A DNA stretch of 64,000 nt from sequence record NC_054921.1; one strand, 5' to 3'. The notes beneath the pieces were generated by a model. That model was given only the letters and a program-made list of their open reading frames with translations. It was not told the origin of the DNA and did not search any database. This stretch comes from Escherichia phage vB_EcoM_IME537. Positions 47,790 to 59,020 of this stretch are shown here, in pieces. Made by a program: the position numbers and the translations under genes. Each line of letters opens with the position of its first letter. Position 1 is the stretch's first letter.

Positions 47790-48320
47790 TTAAACTTCTG
47801 CTATAATTTTGCCATCTTTTTCTACTTGAAAATACGTATAAGGAATCGTTGCTGTACATACTAAAGCTGGGTCTGAATCTTCAGTGTAGCTAAATTCTAC
47901 TTCAGACAGGTCAGAAACCCAAGGCTTATAAAAATTTATTGACATCACGATTTCAGTTTTACTATTATCTAAAATGTAAAGCGTAATGTATTCAGGACCT
48001 GTTTTTTGGGCAGTATTTTCACCTGTAAGATAGTTGCTAGTTCCTAGCATCCATTCATACATTCCTATCCACGACTTAAGCTCTTCATCAACTATAAATC
48101 TCACAATGAGTGGGTCGTACTCAAATGTAACACCTGGACGTTGTGCTCGGCCCAGTCCAAACGGCCCAGTCACGGTATCAGTAACAGGTATTCTAATTCC
48201 TGGAATAGGAACTGATTGAGCATTTAAAGTAAAAGCAGATGTAGTATTACTATGTGGTATTGATACTACAAAGTTAGTTGTATTTGCTTGGTTAAAAATT
48301 TGTTGTAGTGCTTGCGACAT
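47790..48320 (-). CDS. 3: tail completion and sheath stabiliser gp3
   Basis: 176 aa from the ATG at 48320 (MSQALQQIF), chosen to match remembered T4 gp3 length; Shine-Dalgarno not checked; track ORF is longer. Confidence 0.75.
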   Translation of the reverse strand: MSQALQQIFNQANTTNFVVSIPHSNTTSAFTLNAQSVPIPGIRIPVTDTVTGPFGLGRAQRPGVTFEYDPLIVRFIVDEELKSWIGMYEWMLGTSNYLTGENTAQKTGPEYITLYILDNSKTEIVMSINFYKPWVSDLSEVEFSYTEDSDPALVCTATIPYTYFQVEKDGKIIAEV

Positions 48321-48426
48321 ATATTCCTCATAATGCTTTATAAATGTTGGTGGTATAATGGGTCTAAGTCCCTTCCATTCAATTCCAATTAGAACAAACA
48401 ATAGAAAAGAATGGAAGATAATAGAA

Positions 48427-49251
48427 TTAGATATTTGACCAGACTTTGTTTGCAGAGAAACGTTTTCCTTTTGAAACGAACTGCTGAAGTGGCATCAACA
48501 CAACGTTCGCCCAGTCTTTCGGGGCGATTTCAACAAGGCTACCCATGATATTACCAGGTATATATGCCTTAATCATTTGGTCTGCACCCCTAAATCCTTT
48601 CACTTGACTCCAATCAATTTTTAATTTCGTTTTATTAGTAATAGTAGGTGTATTTGAATATTGCTTTAAAAGCTCTTCTAGAAACTGTTGACGAGCTTTA
48701 GGTGGAATATAGTGCAAGTTCAATCCATACATTAAATTATGTTTACCTAAACCGAGGTAAATTATCAAAGGAAATTTATCCCAATAAGGAAGAGTTTCTT
48801 TGTGTTTAGCATCGTAAGCAAAAGCATATATTCGTCCCGGCTGCGGGCGAACAACTTTATGTCCTTTTACCTGCTTAATAGTTTCAGCAAACCACTTTCT
48901 GGTTTTATTATTAATTGCTGCGCCTTCATTACGAATTTTATCACGCAATGTTTGTCTGAATGAATTTATCATAAGCAGTTGTCTTTCTTGCTTATTGAGT
49001 TTATTCATTGGTTTTGATTCAAGCTTTTGAATCTTTTCGGCTGTTTTAATTCCTGAAGCATATTTTGACATTGCCGAAGTAAACGTAGAGTATTTGATTC
49101 CTCTTTCTTCAGCAAATTGCTTTCCTGTCATTCCTTTTGCTTTGGCCTTTTTGTATTCAAGACCTATCTGAATCCATTTCTTTTCGTTTAATGATTGCTT
49201 AACCTTTGGAACTTGGGGAGTGCTTTCATTAATTATTTGAAAAATAGCCAT
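48427..49251 (-). CDS. 2: DNA end protector gp2
   Basis: 274-aa ORF; synteny. Confidence 0.85.
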   Translation of the reverse strand: MAIFQIINESTPQVPKVKQSLNEKKWIQIGLEYKKAKAKGMTGKQFAEERGIKYSTFTSAMSKYASGIKTAEKIQKLESKPMNKLNKQERQLLMINSFRQTLRDKIRNEGAAINNKTRKWFAETIKQVKGHKVVRPQPGRIYAFAYDAKHKETLPYWDKFPLIIYLGLGKHNLMYGLNLHYIPPKARQQFLEELLKQYSNTPTITNKTKLKIDWSQVKGFRGADQMIKAYIPGNIMGSLVEIAPKDWANVVLMPLQQFVSKGKRFSANKVWSNI

Positions 49252-49703
49252 TATGCCCCCTTAAAGCCAAGAGCTCGTAATCCATCTTCTGTTAGAATTC
49301 TAAATTTTATTCCACGCTTTTCAGCTAACGATTGTGCTGCTTTCCATTTGTCAGTATTAACTGAATATGTATAAATTTCATTCATAAATCTTTTCTTCGC
49401 TGCGGTTGTTAGATGTGCTGGTTTAACTGGTGGTTGTGTTTCTTTTTTAGGCTTTATTTCAATAAAAAATTCTTGTCCAGAAGAATCTTTCATCCAAATA
49501 TCCATGAAGTATCTACGTTTTTTCCCTTCTGCATTACAAAAATAAGGAATTACTGCTGTTTCACTGCCCCATGCAATAATTTCTGGATTTTTATCTAACC
49601 ATTCAAAAAAGAATTTTTCCCAATTTGATCTATACGTAATTTTTTTAGGGTCACCTCTATATTTTGATATATTTTTAGGAACCCATTTTCCAGAATATGC
49701 CAT
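49251..49703 (-). CDS. 4: head completion protein gp4
   Basis: 150 aa; SD AAGGAGA; late promoter upstream. Confidence 0.85.
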   Translation of the reverse strand: MAYSGKWVPKNISKYRGDPKKITYRSNWEKFFFEWLDKNPEIIAWGSETAVIPYFCNAEGKKRRYFMDIWMKDSSGQEFFIEIKPKKETQPPVKPAHLTTAAKKRFMNEIYTYSVNTDKWKAAQSLAEKRGIKFRILTEDGLRALGFKGA

Positions 49704-49714
49704 TGGATTCTCCT

Positions 49715-49722
49715 TATAAATA
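49715..49722 (+). promoter_or_regulatory. late promoter TATAAATA for gene 53
   Basis: TATAAATA about 29 nt upstream of the 49751 ATG; SD AGGAGGG. Confidence 0.6.
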
Positions 49723-49729
49723 GATAATA

Positions 49730-49737
49730 TATTTATA
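49730..49737 (-). promoter_or_regulatory. late promoter TATAAATA for gene 4 (divergent)
   Basis: TATAAATA on the minus strand upstream of the gp4 start. Confidence 0.55.
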
Positions 49738-49750
49738 AACAGGAGGGCCC

Positions 49751-50341
49751 ATGCTCTTTACATTTTTTGATCCGATTGAATATGCGGCCAAAACGGTGAA
49801 TAAAAACGCGCCGACTATTCCTATGACAGATATTTTTAGAAACTATAAAGACTATTTCAAACGCGCTCTTGCGGGATACCGCTTACGTACTTATTATATT
49901 AAAGGTTCACCACGCCCGGAAGAATTAGCAAATGCTATATATGGAAATCCACAGTTGTATTGGGTTTTATTGATGTGTAATGATAATTATGATCCGTATT
50001 ATGGATGGATTACTTCACAGGAAGCTGCTTATCAAGCATCTATACAAAAATACAAAAATGTAGGTGGAGACCAAATAGTATATCATGTGAATGAGAATGG
50101 TGAAAAATTTTATAATTTAATATCATACGATGATAATCCATATGTTTGGTATGATAAAGGCGATAAAGCTAGAAAATATCCTCAATATGAAGGAGCACTT
50201 GCTGCGGTCGATACGTATGAAGCTGCTGTTCTTGAAAATGAAAAACTTCGTCAAATAAAAATAATAGCAAAATCAGACATCAATTCATTTATGAACGACC
50301 TTATACGTATAATGGAGAAATCTTATGGAAATGATAAGTAA
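49751..50341 (+). CDS. 53: baseplate wedge subunit gp53
   Basis: 196-aa ORF; synteny. Confidence 0.88.
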   Translation: MLFTFFDPIEYAAKTVNKNAPTIPMTDIFRNYKDYFKRALAGYRLRTYYIKGSPRPEELANAIYGNPQLYWVLLMCNDNYDPYYGWITSQEAAYQASIQKYKNVGGDQIVYHVNENGEKFYNLISYDDNPYVWYDKGDKARKYPQYEGALAAVDTYEAAVLENEKLRQIKIIAKSDINSFMNDLIRIMEKSYGNDK

Positions 50342-52052
50342 TAACCTCAACTGGTTTGTTGGTGTTGTTGAAGATAGAATGGACCCATTAAAATTAGGTC
50401 GTGTTCGTGTTCGTGTGGTTGGTCTGCATCCACCCCAAAGAGCGCAAGGCGATGTAATGGGTATTCCAACCGATAAATTGCCATGGATGTCAGTTATTCA
50501 ACCTATAACTTCTGCAGCAATGTCTGGAATTGGAGGTTCTGTTACAGGACCAGTAGAAGGAACTAGAGTTTATGGTCATTTTTTAGACAAATGGAAAACT
50601 AACGGAATTGTCCTTGGCACGTATGGTGGGATAGTTCGCGAAAAACCTAATAGACTTGAAGGATTTTCTGACCCAACTGGGCAGTATCCTAGACGTCTAG
50701 GAAATGATACTAACGTATTAAACCAAGGCGGAGAAGTAGGATATGATTCGTCTTCTAATATTATCCAAGATAGCAATCTAGACACTGCGATAAATCCTGA
50801 TGATAGACCATTATCAGAGATTCCAACTGATGATAATCCAAATATGTCAATGGCTGAAATGCTTCGCCGTGATGAAGGATTAAGACTAAAAGTTTATTGG
50901 GATACCGAAGGATATCCGACAATTGGTATTGGTCATCTTATCATGAAGCAGCCAGTTCGTGATATGACCCAAATTAATAAAGTTTTATCAAAACAAGTTG
51001 GTCGTGAAATTACCGGAAATCCAGGTTCTATTACAATGGAAGAAGCGGTAACTTTATTTGAACGCGATTTGGCTGATATGCAACGTGACATTAAATCACA
51101 TTCTAAAGTTGGCCCAGTTTGGAAAGCAGTTAATCGTTCTCGTCAAATGGCGTTAGAAAATATGGCATTCCAAATGGGCGTTGGTGGCGTAGCTAAATTT
51201 AACACAATGTTAACTGCTATGTTAGCCGGAGATTGGGAAAAAGCATATAAAGCCGGTCGTGATTCATTGTGGTATCAACAAACAAAAGGCCGTGCATCCC
51301 GTGTTACCATGATTATTCTTACAGGGAATTTGGAATCATACGGTATTGAAGTGAAAACGCCAGCTAGGTCTTTGTCTGCAATGGCTGCTACTGTAGCAAA
51401 GTCTTCTGACCCGGCTGACCCTCCTATTCCGAATGATTCGAGAATTTTATTCAAAGAACCTGTTTCTTCATATAAAGGTGAATATCCGTATGTTCACACA
51501 ATGGAAACTGAAAGCGGTCATATTCAGGAATTTGATGATACCCCTGGGCAAGAACGATACAGATTAGTTCATCCGACTGGAACGTATGAGGAAGTATCAC
51601 CATCAGGAAGAAGAACAAGAAAAACCGTTGATAATTTGTATGATATAACAAATGCTGATGGTAATTTTTTAGTAGCCGGCGATAAAAAGACTAACGTTGG
51701 TGGATCAGAAATTTATTACAACATGGATAATCGTCTTCACCAAATAGATGGAAGCAACACAATATTTGTGCGTGGCGATGAAACTAAGACAGTTGAAGGT
51801 AATGGAACTATCCTAGTTAAAGGTAATGTTACTATTGTAGTTGAAGGTAATGCTGACATTACAGTTAAAGGGGATGCTACTACTTTAGTTGAAGGAAATC
51901 AAACTAATACAGTAAATGGAAATCTTTCTTGGAAAGTTGCTGGGACAGTTGATTGGGACGTTGGTGGTGATTGGACAGAAAAAATGGCATCTATGAGTTC
52001 TATTTCATCTGGTCAATACACAATTGATGGATCGAGGATTGACATTGGCTAA
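50325..52052 (+). CDS. 5: baseplate hub subunit and tail lysozyme gp5
   Basis: 575 aa; internal lysozyme domain (MAEMLRRDEGLRLKVYWDTEGYPTIGIGHL); C-terminal beta-helix repeats. Confidence 0.93.
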   Translation: MEMISNNLNWFVGVVEDRMDPLKLGRVRVRVVGLHPPQRAQGDVMGIPTDKLPWMSVIQPITSAAMSGIGGSVTGPVEGTRVYGHFLDKWKTNGIVLGTYGGIVREKPNRLEGFSDPTGQYPRRLGNDTNVLNQGGEVGYDSSSNIIQDSNLDTAINPDDRPLSEIPTDDNPNMSMAEMLRRDEGLRLKVYWDTEGYPTIGIGHLIMKQPVRDMTQINKVLSKQVGREITGNPGSITMEEAVTLFERDLADMQRDIKSHSKVGPVWKAVNRSRQMALENMAFQMGVGGVAKFNTMLTAMLAGDWEKAYKAGRDSLWYQQTKGRASRVTMIILTGNLESYGIEVKTPARSLSAMAATVAKSSDPADPPIPNDSRILFKEPVSSYKGEYPYVHTMETESGHIQEFDDTPGQERYRLVHPTGTYEEVSPSGRRTRKTVDNLYDITNADGNFLVAGDKKTNVGGSEIYYNMDNRLHQIDGSNTIFVRGDETKTVEGNGTILVKGNVTIVVEGNADITVKGDATTLVEGNQTNTVNGNLSWKVAGTVDWDVGGDWTEKMASMSSISSGQYTIDGSRIDIG

Positions 52053-52086
52053 TATACTTCCAATGAGCGCTGATTTAGGAGAATCC

Positions 52087-52581
52087 ATGGAAGGTTCTTC
52101 TATCGACGTCACCTTTACCGCTCAATTAGAAACAGGTGAAACGTTAGTATCTATAAATATAACTAGTTACGAAGAAACTCCTGGGGTTTTAGTAGAAGAA
52201 AATCGTTTATATGGAACGTATGAATCTGTGTTTGGATTTGGAAATGACGCATTGAAATATCGTTTAGATGATGAATTTAAAACTGCTGCTTCATGGGAAG
52301 ACCTTCCAACTGATTCTAATACTCAGTTATATCTATGGAAAGCTCCTCAAAACCTCCAGAAGACATTCACTTATGAAGTAACATTAATATATGACTACCA
52401 AGAACAAAGTGAATCTGGAGGTTCTGGCAGTAATTCTAGGTCATCTTCTGATACTACTGAACCAACGGATCCTCCTGCTCCAATAAGAAAAACTCTTGTT
52501 AAAAATTACACAAAAACTATAGTTGGAAATTGGAGCCGTTGGGCTAATAAATTGAGAAGCTACGTATATGAGAGGCAATAA
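52087..52581 (+). CDS. 5.1: gp5.1
   Basis: 164 aa from ATG 52087 with SD AGGAGAA; track start 52024 is TTG inside gene 5. Confidence 0.6.
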
Positions 52582-52874
52582 TGTCAGGATTAAGTTATGA
52601 TAAGTGTGTTACTGCTGGCCATGAAGCATGGCCTCCAACAGTTGTGAATGCTACACAAAGTAAAGTATTCACTGGAGGAATTGCTGTTCTCGTAGCAGGT
52701 GATCCAATTACAGAACATACAGAAATTAAAAAGCCATATGAAACACATGGCGGAGTGACACAACCTAGAACTTCTAAGGTATATGTCACTGGAAAGAAAG
52801 CTGTTCAAATGGCTGATCCAATATCATGCGGTGATACTGTGGCTCAGGCATCATCTAAAGTATTCATTAAATAG
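52581..52874 (+). CDS. 5.4: PAAR-repeat spike tip protein gp5.4
   Basis: 97-aa ORF; synteny. Confidence 0.8.
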
Positions 52875-52882
52875 GATTTAAA

Positions 52883-54865
52883 ATGGCAAATACCCCTGTA
52901 AATTATCAATTAACAAGAACAACAAATGCTATTCCCGAGATATTCGTCGGGGGTACATTTGCTGAAATAAAACAAAACCTCATTGAATGGCTTAATGGCC
53001 AAAATGAATTTTTGGATTATGATTTTGAAGGCTCAAGATTAAACGTTCTGTGTGACCTTTTAGCTTATAATACATTATACATTCAGCAGTTTGGTAATGC
53101 TGCCGTATATGAAAGCTTTATGCGTACTGCTAACTTACGTAGTTCAGTAGTTCAAGCGGCGCAAGATAATGGATATTTACCTACTTCAAAATCAGCTGCT
53201 CAAACTGAAATTATGCTAACTTGTACAGACGCATTGAATAGAAATTACATTACTATTCCTCGTGGTACTCGCTTTTTAGCATATGCAAAAGATACTTCTG
53301 TTAATCCTTATAACTTTGTCTCTACCGAAGATGTTATTGCTATTCGTGATAAAAATAACCAGTATTTTCCACGTTTAAAATTAGCCCAGGGACGTATAGT
53401 AAGAACTGAAATCATTTATGATAAATTAACACCTATTATCATTTATGACAAAAATATAGATAGAAACCAAGTTAAACTATACGTTGATGGAGCAGAATGG
53501 ATTAACTGGACAAGAAAGTCAATGGTTCATGCTGGTTCTACATCAACAATTTACTACATGCGTGAAACTATTGATGGAAATACTGAATTTTATTTTGGTG
53601 AAGGTGAGATTTCTGTTAACGCGGCAGAAGGAGCATTGACCGCTAATTATATTGGAGGTCTTAAACCTACCCAGAACTCTACGATTGTTATTGAGTACAT
53701 CAGTACTAACGGTGCAGATGCGAATGGTGCAGTCGGATTTTCATACGCAGATACATTAACAAATATAACTGTCATCAATATTAACGAAAATCCAAATGAT
53801 GACCCAGATTTTGTTGGGGCAGATGGCGGCGGCGATCCAGAAGATATTGAGCGTATTCGCGAATTGGGTACTATTAAACGCGAAACCCAGCAACGCTGCG
53901 TAACTGCAACCGACTATGATACATTCGTCTCAGAAAGATTCGGTTCTATTATTCAAGCGGTTCAGACTTTCACTGATTCTACTAAACCTGGTTATGCATT
54001 TATTGCTGCTAAACCTAAATCAGGACTATATTTAACTACTGTACAACGTGAAGATATTAAAAATTATCTAAAAGATTATAATTTAGCTCCTATTACACCA
54101 TCAATTATTTCTCCTAATTATCTTTTTGTTAAGACTAATTTAAAAGTCACATATGCTTTAAATAAGCTGCAAGAATCAGAACAGTGGCTAGAAGGTCAAA
54201 TAATTGATAAAATTGATCGTTATTATACCGAAGACGTAGAAATTTTTAATTCATCTTTCGCTAAATCTAAGATGTTGACATATGTAGATGATGCAGATCA
54301 TTCTATCATTGGCTCATCCGCGACAATTCAAATGGTACGTGAAGTACAAAACTTCTATAAAACGCCTGAAGCGGGTATTAAATACAATAATCAAATAAAA
54401 GATCGTTCTATGAAATCTAATACGTTTTCATTTAATTCTGGACGAAAAGTTGTAAATCCTGATACTGGTTTAGAAGAAAATGTATTATATGACGTTCGTA
54501 TAGTATCAACAGACCGAGATTCTAAAGGAATTGGTAAAGTTATTATTGGTCCATTTGCTTCGGGTGATGTTACAGAAAATGAAAACATTCAGCCATATAC
54601 AGGCAATGATTTTAATAAATTAGCAAGTTCCGATGGACGTGACAAATACTATGTTATCGGTGAAATAAATTATCCAGCTGACATGATTTATTGGAATATC
54701 GCTAAAATTAATTTAACATCCGATAAATTTGAGGTTCAGACTATTGAGCTATATTCTGATCCAATAGACGATGTTATTTTCACGCGCGATGGTTCACTGA
54801 TTGTATTTGAAAATGATTTACGTCCACAATACTTAACTATCGATTTGGAGCCTATATCACAATGA
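52883..54865 (+). CDS. 6: baseplate wedge subunit gp6
   Basis: 660-aa ORF. Confidence 0.9.
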   Translation: MANTPVNYQLTRTTNAIPEIFVGGTFAEIKQNLIEWLNGQNEFLDYDFEGSRLNVLCDLLAYNTLYIQQFGNAAVYESFMRTANLRSSVVQAAQDNGYLPTSKSAAQTEIMLTCTDALNRNYITIPRGTRFLAYAKDTSVNPYNFVSTEDVIAIRDKNNQYFPRLKLAQGRIVRTEIIYDKLTPIIIYDKNIDRNQVKLYVDGAEWINWTRKSMVHAGSTSTIYYMRETIDGNTEFYFGEGEISVNAAEGALTANYIGGLKPTQNSTIVIEYISTNGADANGAVGFSYADTLTNITVININENPNDDPDFVGADGGGDPEDIERIRELGTIKRETQQRCVTATDYDTFVSERFGSIIQAVQTFTDSTKPGYAFIAAKPKSGLYLTTVQREDIKNYLKDYNLAPITPSIISPNYLFVKTNLKVTYALNKLQESEQWLEGQIIDKIDRYYTEDVEIFNSSFAKSKMLTYVDDADHSIIGSSATIQMVREVQNFYKTPEAGIKYNNQIKDRSMKSNTFSFNSGRKVVNPDTGLEENVLYDVRIVSTDRDSKGIGKVIIGPFASGDVTENENIQPYTGNDFNKLASSDGRDKYYVIGEINYPADMIYWNIAKINLTSDKFEVQTIELYSDPIDDVIFTRDGSLIVFENDLRPQYLTIDLEPISQ

Positions 54866-57800
54866 CAGTAAAAGCACCTTCAGTCACTAGTCTCAGAATT
54901 TCCAAGTTATCCGCAAATCAGGTGCAAGTACGCTGGGATGACGTTGGTGCTAATTTCTACTATTTTGTAGAAATCGCTGAGACAAAAACAGACTCGGGGG
55001 AAAATCTCCCGAGTAATCAATACAGATGGATTAACTTAGGATATACTGCAAATAACAGCTTCTTTTTTGATGATGCCGACCCATTGACATCATACATTAT
55101 TAGAGTAGCCACAGCTGCGCAAGATTTTGAGCAGTCTGATTGGATTTATACCGAAGAGTTTGAAACTTTTGCTACAAATGCTTATACATTTCAAAACATG
55201 ATTGAAATGCAATTAGCCAATAAATTCATTCAGGAAAAATTTACTCTTAATAATTCTGATTATGTTAATTTTAACAATGACACTATAATGGCTGCGTTGA
55301 TGAATGAATCATTTCAGTTCAGCCCATCATATGTTGACGTTTCATCAATAAGCAATTTTATTATTGGTGAAAATGAGTATCATGAAATACAAGGTTCTAT
55401 TCAGCAAGTATGTAAGGATATTAACCGAGTTTATTTGATGGAATCAGAAGGGATTTTATACCTTTTTGAGCGTTATCAACCTGTAGTTAAAGTATCCAAT
55501 GATAAAGGACAAACTTGGAAAGCTGTAAAGCTCTTCAATGACCGTGTAGGATATCCTTTATCTAAGACAGTATATTACCAATCTGCGAACACAACATACG
55601 TTCTAGGATACGACAAGATTTTCTACGGCCGCAAATCTACTGATGTTAGATGGTCAGCTGATGATGTCAGATTTAGTTCGCAGGATATAACATTCGCTAA
55701 ACTTGGCGACCAATTACATCTAGGATTTGATGTAGAAATTTTTGCCACTTACGCGACTTTGCCAGCTAATGTATACCGCATTGCAGAAGCTATTACTTGC
55801 ACTGATGATTACATTTACGTTGTCGCCAGAGACAAAGTTAGATACATAAAAACGAGTAATGCACCTATAGATTCTGACCCATTATCTCCAACATATTCGG
55901 AAAGACTTTTTGAACCTGATACTATGACTATAACTGGAAATCCTAAAGCAGTATGTTATAAAATGGATTCTATTGGTGATAAAGTTTTTGCTCTTATTAT
56001 TGGAGAAGTTGAAACATTAAATGCTAATCCTAGAACATCAAAAATAATTGATTCTGCTGATAAAGGAATATATGTTTTAAATCATGACACGAAAACATGG
56101 AAAAGAGTTTTTGGCAACACTGAAGAAGAAAGAAGACGTATTCAACCGGGATATGCGAATATGTCAACTGATGGTAAATTAGTTTCTCTATCTTCGAGTA
56201 ATTTTAAATTTTTAAGTGATAATATTGTTAATGACCCTGAAACTGTGGTGAAGTATCAGTTAATCGGTGCTGTTAAATATGAATTTCCTCGTGAATGGCT
56301 AGCTGATAAGCATTATCATATGATGGCATTTATAGCAGATGAAAAATCTGATTGGGAAACTTTTACACCTCAGCCGATGAAATACTATGCAGAACCATTC
56401 TTTAACTGGTCTAAAAAATCTAACACACGCTGTTGGATAAACAACTCTGATAGAGCTGTAGTAGTTTATGCTGATTTAAAATACACCAAAGTTATAGAAA
56501 ATATTCCGGAAACATCGCCAGATAGATTAGTTCATGAATACTGGGATGATGGTGATTGTACGATAGTAATGCCAAATGTTAAATTCACGGGATTTAAAAA
56601 ATACGCGTCTGGGATGCTTTTTTATAAGTCTTCTGGTGAAATAATTTCTTACTATGATTTTAACTATCGTGTTAGAGACACGGTTGAAATAATTTGGAAG
56701 CCAACTGAAATATTTTTAAAAGCATTTTTACAAAACCAAGAGCATGAAACTCCTTGGTCGCCTGAAGAAGAGCATGGATTAGCTGACCCTGATTTAAGAC
56801 CATTGATTGGCACAATGATGCCTGATTCTTATTTGCTACAGGATTCGAATTTTGAGGCATTTTGCGAAGCATATATTCAGTATCTTTCTGATGGATATGG
56901 AACTCAGTATAACAATTTACGAAATTTAATTCGTAACAAATATCCACGAGAAGAGCATGCATGGGAATATTTGTGGTCAGAGATATATAAAAGAAACATT
57001 TATTTAAATGCTGACAAACGCGATGCTGTTGCAAGATTTTTCGAATCACGTAGCTATGATTTTTATTCTACTAAAGGAATTGAAGCATCATACAAATTTC
57101 TTTTTAAAGTTCTTTATAATGAAGAGGTTGAAATTGAAATTGAGTCTGGGGCTGGTACTGAATATGATATAATCGTTCAATCTGATTCTTTGACTGAAGA
57201 TTTAGTAGGACAAACGATTTATACTGCTACAGGAAGATGTAATGTTACTTATATAGAAAGAAGCTATTCCAATGGCAAATTGCAATGGACCGTAACTATT
57301 CATAATCTTTTGGGAAGATTAATTGCCGGTCAAGAAGTTAAAGCAGAAAGACTCCCTAGTTTCGAAGGCGAAATTATTCGCGGGGTTAAAGGAAAGGATT
57401 TGCTTCAAAATAATATAGACTATATTAATAGAAGTAGATCATATTATGTAATGAAAATTAAATCAAATTTACCTTCTTCCCGCTGGAAATCTGACGTTAT
57501 TCGTTTTGTTCATCCAGTAGGATTTGGATTTATAGCAATTACTCTTTTAACAATGTTTATTAATGTCGGTTTAACTCTTAAACATACAGAGACTATAATT
57601 AATAAATACAAAAACTATAAATGGGATTCTGGATTGCCTACTGAATATGCTGATAGAGTAGCTAAATTAACTCCAACCGGTGAAATTGAGCATGACTCAG
57701 TAACAGGCGAAGCAATTTATGAACCTGGCCCAATGGCTGGTGTAGAATATCCTCTTCCTGATGACTATAATGCTGAAAATAATAATTCAATATTTCAAGG

Positions 57801-57960
57801 TCAATTGCCATCTGAACGACGTAAATTAATGAGTCCTCTATTTGATGCATCTGGAACAACATTTGCGCAATTTAGGGATTTAGTTAATAAACGTCTAAAA
57901 GATAATATAGGAAATCCAAGAGACCCTGAAAATCCAACACAGGTTAAAATAGATGAATGA
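54862..57960 (+). CDS. 7: baseplate wedge initiator gp7
   Basis: 1032-aa ORF. Confidence 0.9.
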   Translation: MTVKAPSVTSLRISKLSANQVQVRWDDVGANFYYFVEIAETKTDSGENLPSNQYRWINLGYTANNSFFFDDADPLTSYIIRVATAAQDFEQSDWIYTEEFETFATNAYTFQNMIEMQLANKFIQEKFTLNNSDYVNFNNDTIMAALMNESFQFSPSYVDVSSISNFIIGENEYHEIQGSIQQVCKDINRVYLMESEGILYLFERYQPVVKVSNDKGQTWKAVKLFNDRVGYPLSKTVYYQSANTTYVLGYDKIFYGRKSTDVRWSADDVRFSSQDITFAKLGDQLHLGFDVEIFATYATLPANVYRIAEAITCTDDYIYVVARDKVRYIKTSNAPIDSDPLSPTYSERLFEPDTMTITGNPKAVCYKMDSIGDKVFALIIGEVETLNANPRTSKIIDSADKGIYVLNHDTKTWKRVFGNTEEERRRIQPGYANMSTDGKLVSLSSSNFKFLSDNIVNDPETVVKYQLIGAVKYEFPREWLADKHYHMMAFIADEKSDWETFTPQPMKYYAEPFFNWSKKSNTRCWINNSDRAVVVYADLKYTKVIENIPETSPDRLVHEYWDDGDCTIVMPNVKFTGFKKYASGMLFYKSSGEIISYYDFNYRVRDTVEIIWKPTEIFLKAFLQNQEHETPWSPEEEHGLADPDLRPLIGTMMPDSYLLQDSNFEAFCEAYIQYLSDGYGTQYNNLRNLIRNKYPREEHAWEYLWSEIYKRNIYLNADKRDAVARFFESRSYDFYSTKGIEASYKFLFKVLYNEEVEIEIESGAGTEYDIIVQSDSLTEDLVGQTIYTATGRCNVTYIERSYSNGKLQWTVTIHNLLGRLIAGQEVKAERLPSFEGEIIRGVKGKDLLQNNIDYINRSRSYYVMKIKSNLPSSRWKSDVIRFVHPVGFGFIAITLLTMFINVGLTLKHTETIINKYKNYKWDSGLPTEYADRVAKLTPTGEIEHDSVTGEAIYEPGPMAGVEYPLPDDYNAENNNSIFQGQLPSERRKLMSPLFDASGTTFAQFRDLVNKRLKDNIGNPRDPENPTQVKIDE

Positions 57961-58957
57961 TTCAAGTGTTATCTATCGTGCGATAGTTACTTCAAAATTT
58001 AGAACAGAAAAAATGTTGAATTTTTATAATTCAATTGGAAGTGGTCCGGATAAAAACACTATCTTTATTACATTTGGAAGATCAGAACCGTGGTCATCAA
58101 ATGAAAATGAGGTGGGCTTTGCTCCACCTTATCCCACCGATTCTGTATTAGGTGTAACTGACATGTGGACTCATATGATGGGAACAGTAAAGGTTCTTCC
58201 ATCTATGCTTGATGCAGTTATTCCTCGTCGTGATTGGGGAGATACTAGATATCCGGATCCATACACATTTAGAATTAACGATATTGTAGTGTGTAACTCA
58301 GCTCCTTACAACGCTACCGAATCAGGCGCAGGCTGGTTAGTATATCGTTGTTTAGATGTTCCTGATACTGGAATGTGCTCAATTGAGTCTTTAACTAATA
58401 AGGATGAATGCCTTAAGCTAGGTGGAAAATGGACTCCTTCTGTTAGGTCAATGACTCCTCCTGAAGGTCGAGGAGACGCGGAAGGAACAATCGAACCTGG
58501 AGACGGGTATGTATGGGAATATCTTTTTGAGATTCCGCCTGATGTATCTATAAACAGATGCACGAATGAATATATCGTGGTTCCTTGGCCCGAGGAATTA
58601 AAAGAAGACCCGACTAGATGGGGGTATGAAGATAACCTCACTTGGCAGCAAGATGATTTTGGATTAATTTACCGGGTTAAGGCAAATACTATTCGTTTTA
58701 AAGCATACTTAGATTCAGTTTATTTTCCTGAAGCTGCATTGCCAGGAAATAAAGGATTTAGACAAATATCGATAATCACGAATCCTCTTGAAGCTAAAGT
58801 TCATCCAAATGACCCAAACGTTAAAGCTGAAAAGGATTACTATGATCCGGAAGATTTAATGAGGCATTCGGGCGAAATGATTTATATGGAAAATAGGCCA
58901 CCTATTATTATGGCAATGGATCAAACGGAAGAAATCAATATTCTGTTTACATTTTAA
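57953..58957 (+). CDS. 8: baseplate wedge subunit gp8
   Basis: 334-aa ORF. Confidence 0.9.
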   Translation: MNDSSVIYRAIVTSKFRTEKMLNFYNSIGSGPDKNTIFITFGRSEPWSSNENEVGFAPPYPTDSVLGVTDMWTHMMGTVKVLPSMLDAVIPRRDWGDTRYPDPYTFRINDIVVCNSAPYNATESGAGWLVYRCLDVPDTGMCSIESLTNKDECLKLGGKWTPSVRSMTPPEGRGDAEGTIEPGDGYVWEYLFEIPPDVSINRCTNEYIVVPWPEELKEDPTRWGYEDNLTWQQDDFGLIYRVKANTIRFKAYLDSVYFPEAALPGNKGFRQISIITNPLEAKVHPNDPNVKAEKDYYDPEDLMRHSGEMIYMENRPPIIMAMDQTEEINILFTF

Positions 58958-58962
58958 ATTAA

Positions 58963-58988
58963 GGGAGCCCATGGGCTCCCTTTTTCTT
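58963..58988 (+). terminator. rho-independent terminator after gene 8
   Basis: GGGAGCCCATGGGCTCCC then TTTTT. Confidence 0.65.
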
Positions 58989-58996
58989 TATAAATA
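58989..58996 (+). promoter_or_regulatory. late promoter TATAAATA for gene 9
   Basis: TATAAATA about 25 nt upstream of the 59021 ATG. Confidence 0.6.
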
Positions 58997-59020
58997 CTAT
59001 AAACTCATAAGGAAACCGCT

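Noticed and set aside
56672-57049. Minus-strand ORFs inside the plus-strand baseplate genes (for example 50576..50785, 56672..57049, 58306..58641, 61949..62296)
   Set aside because: Antisense to conserved structural genes; no expression signals.
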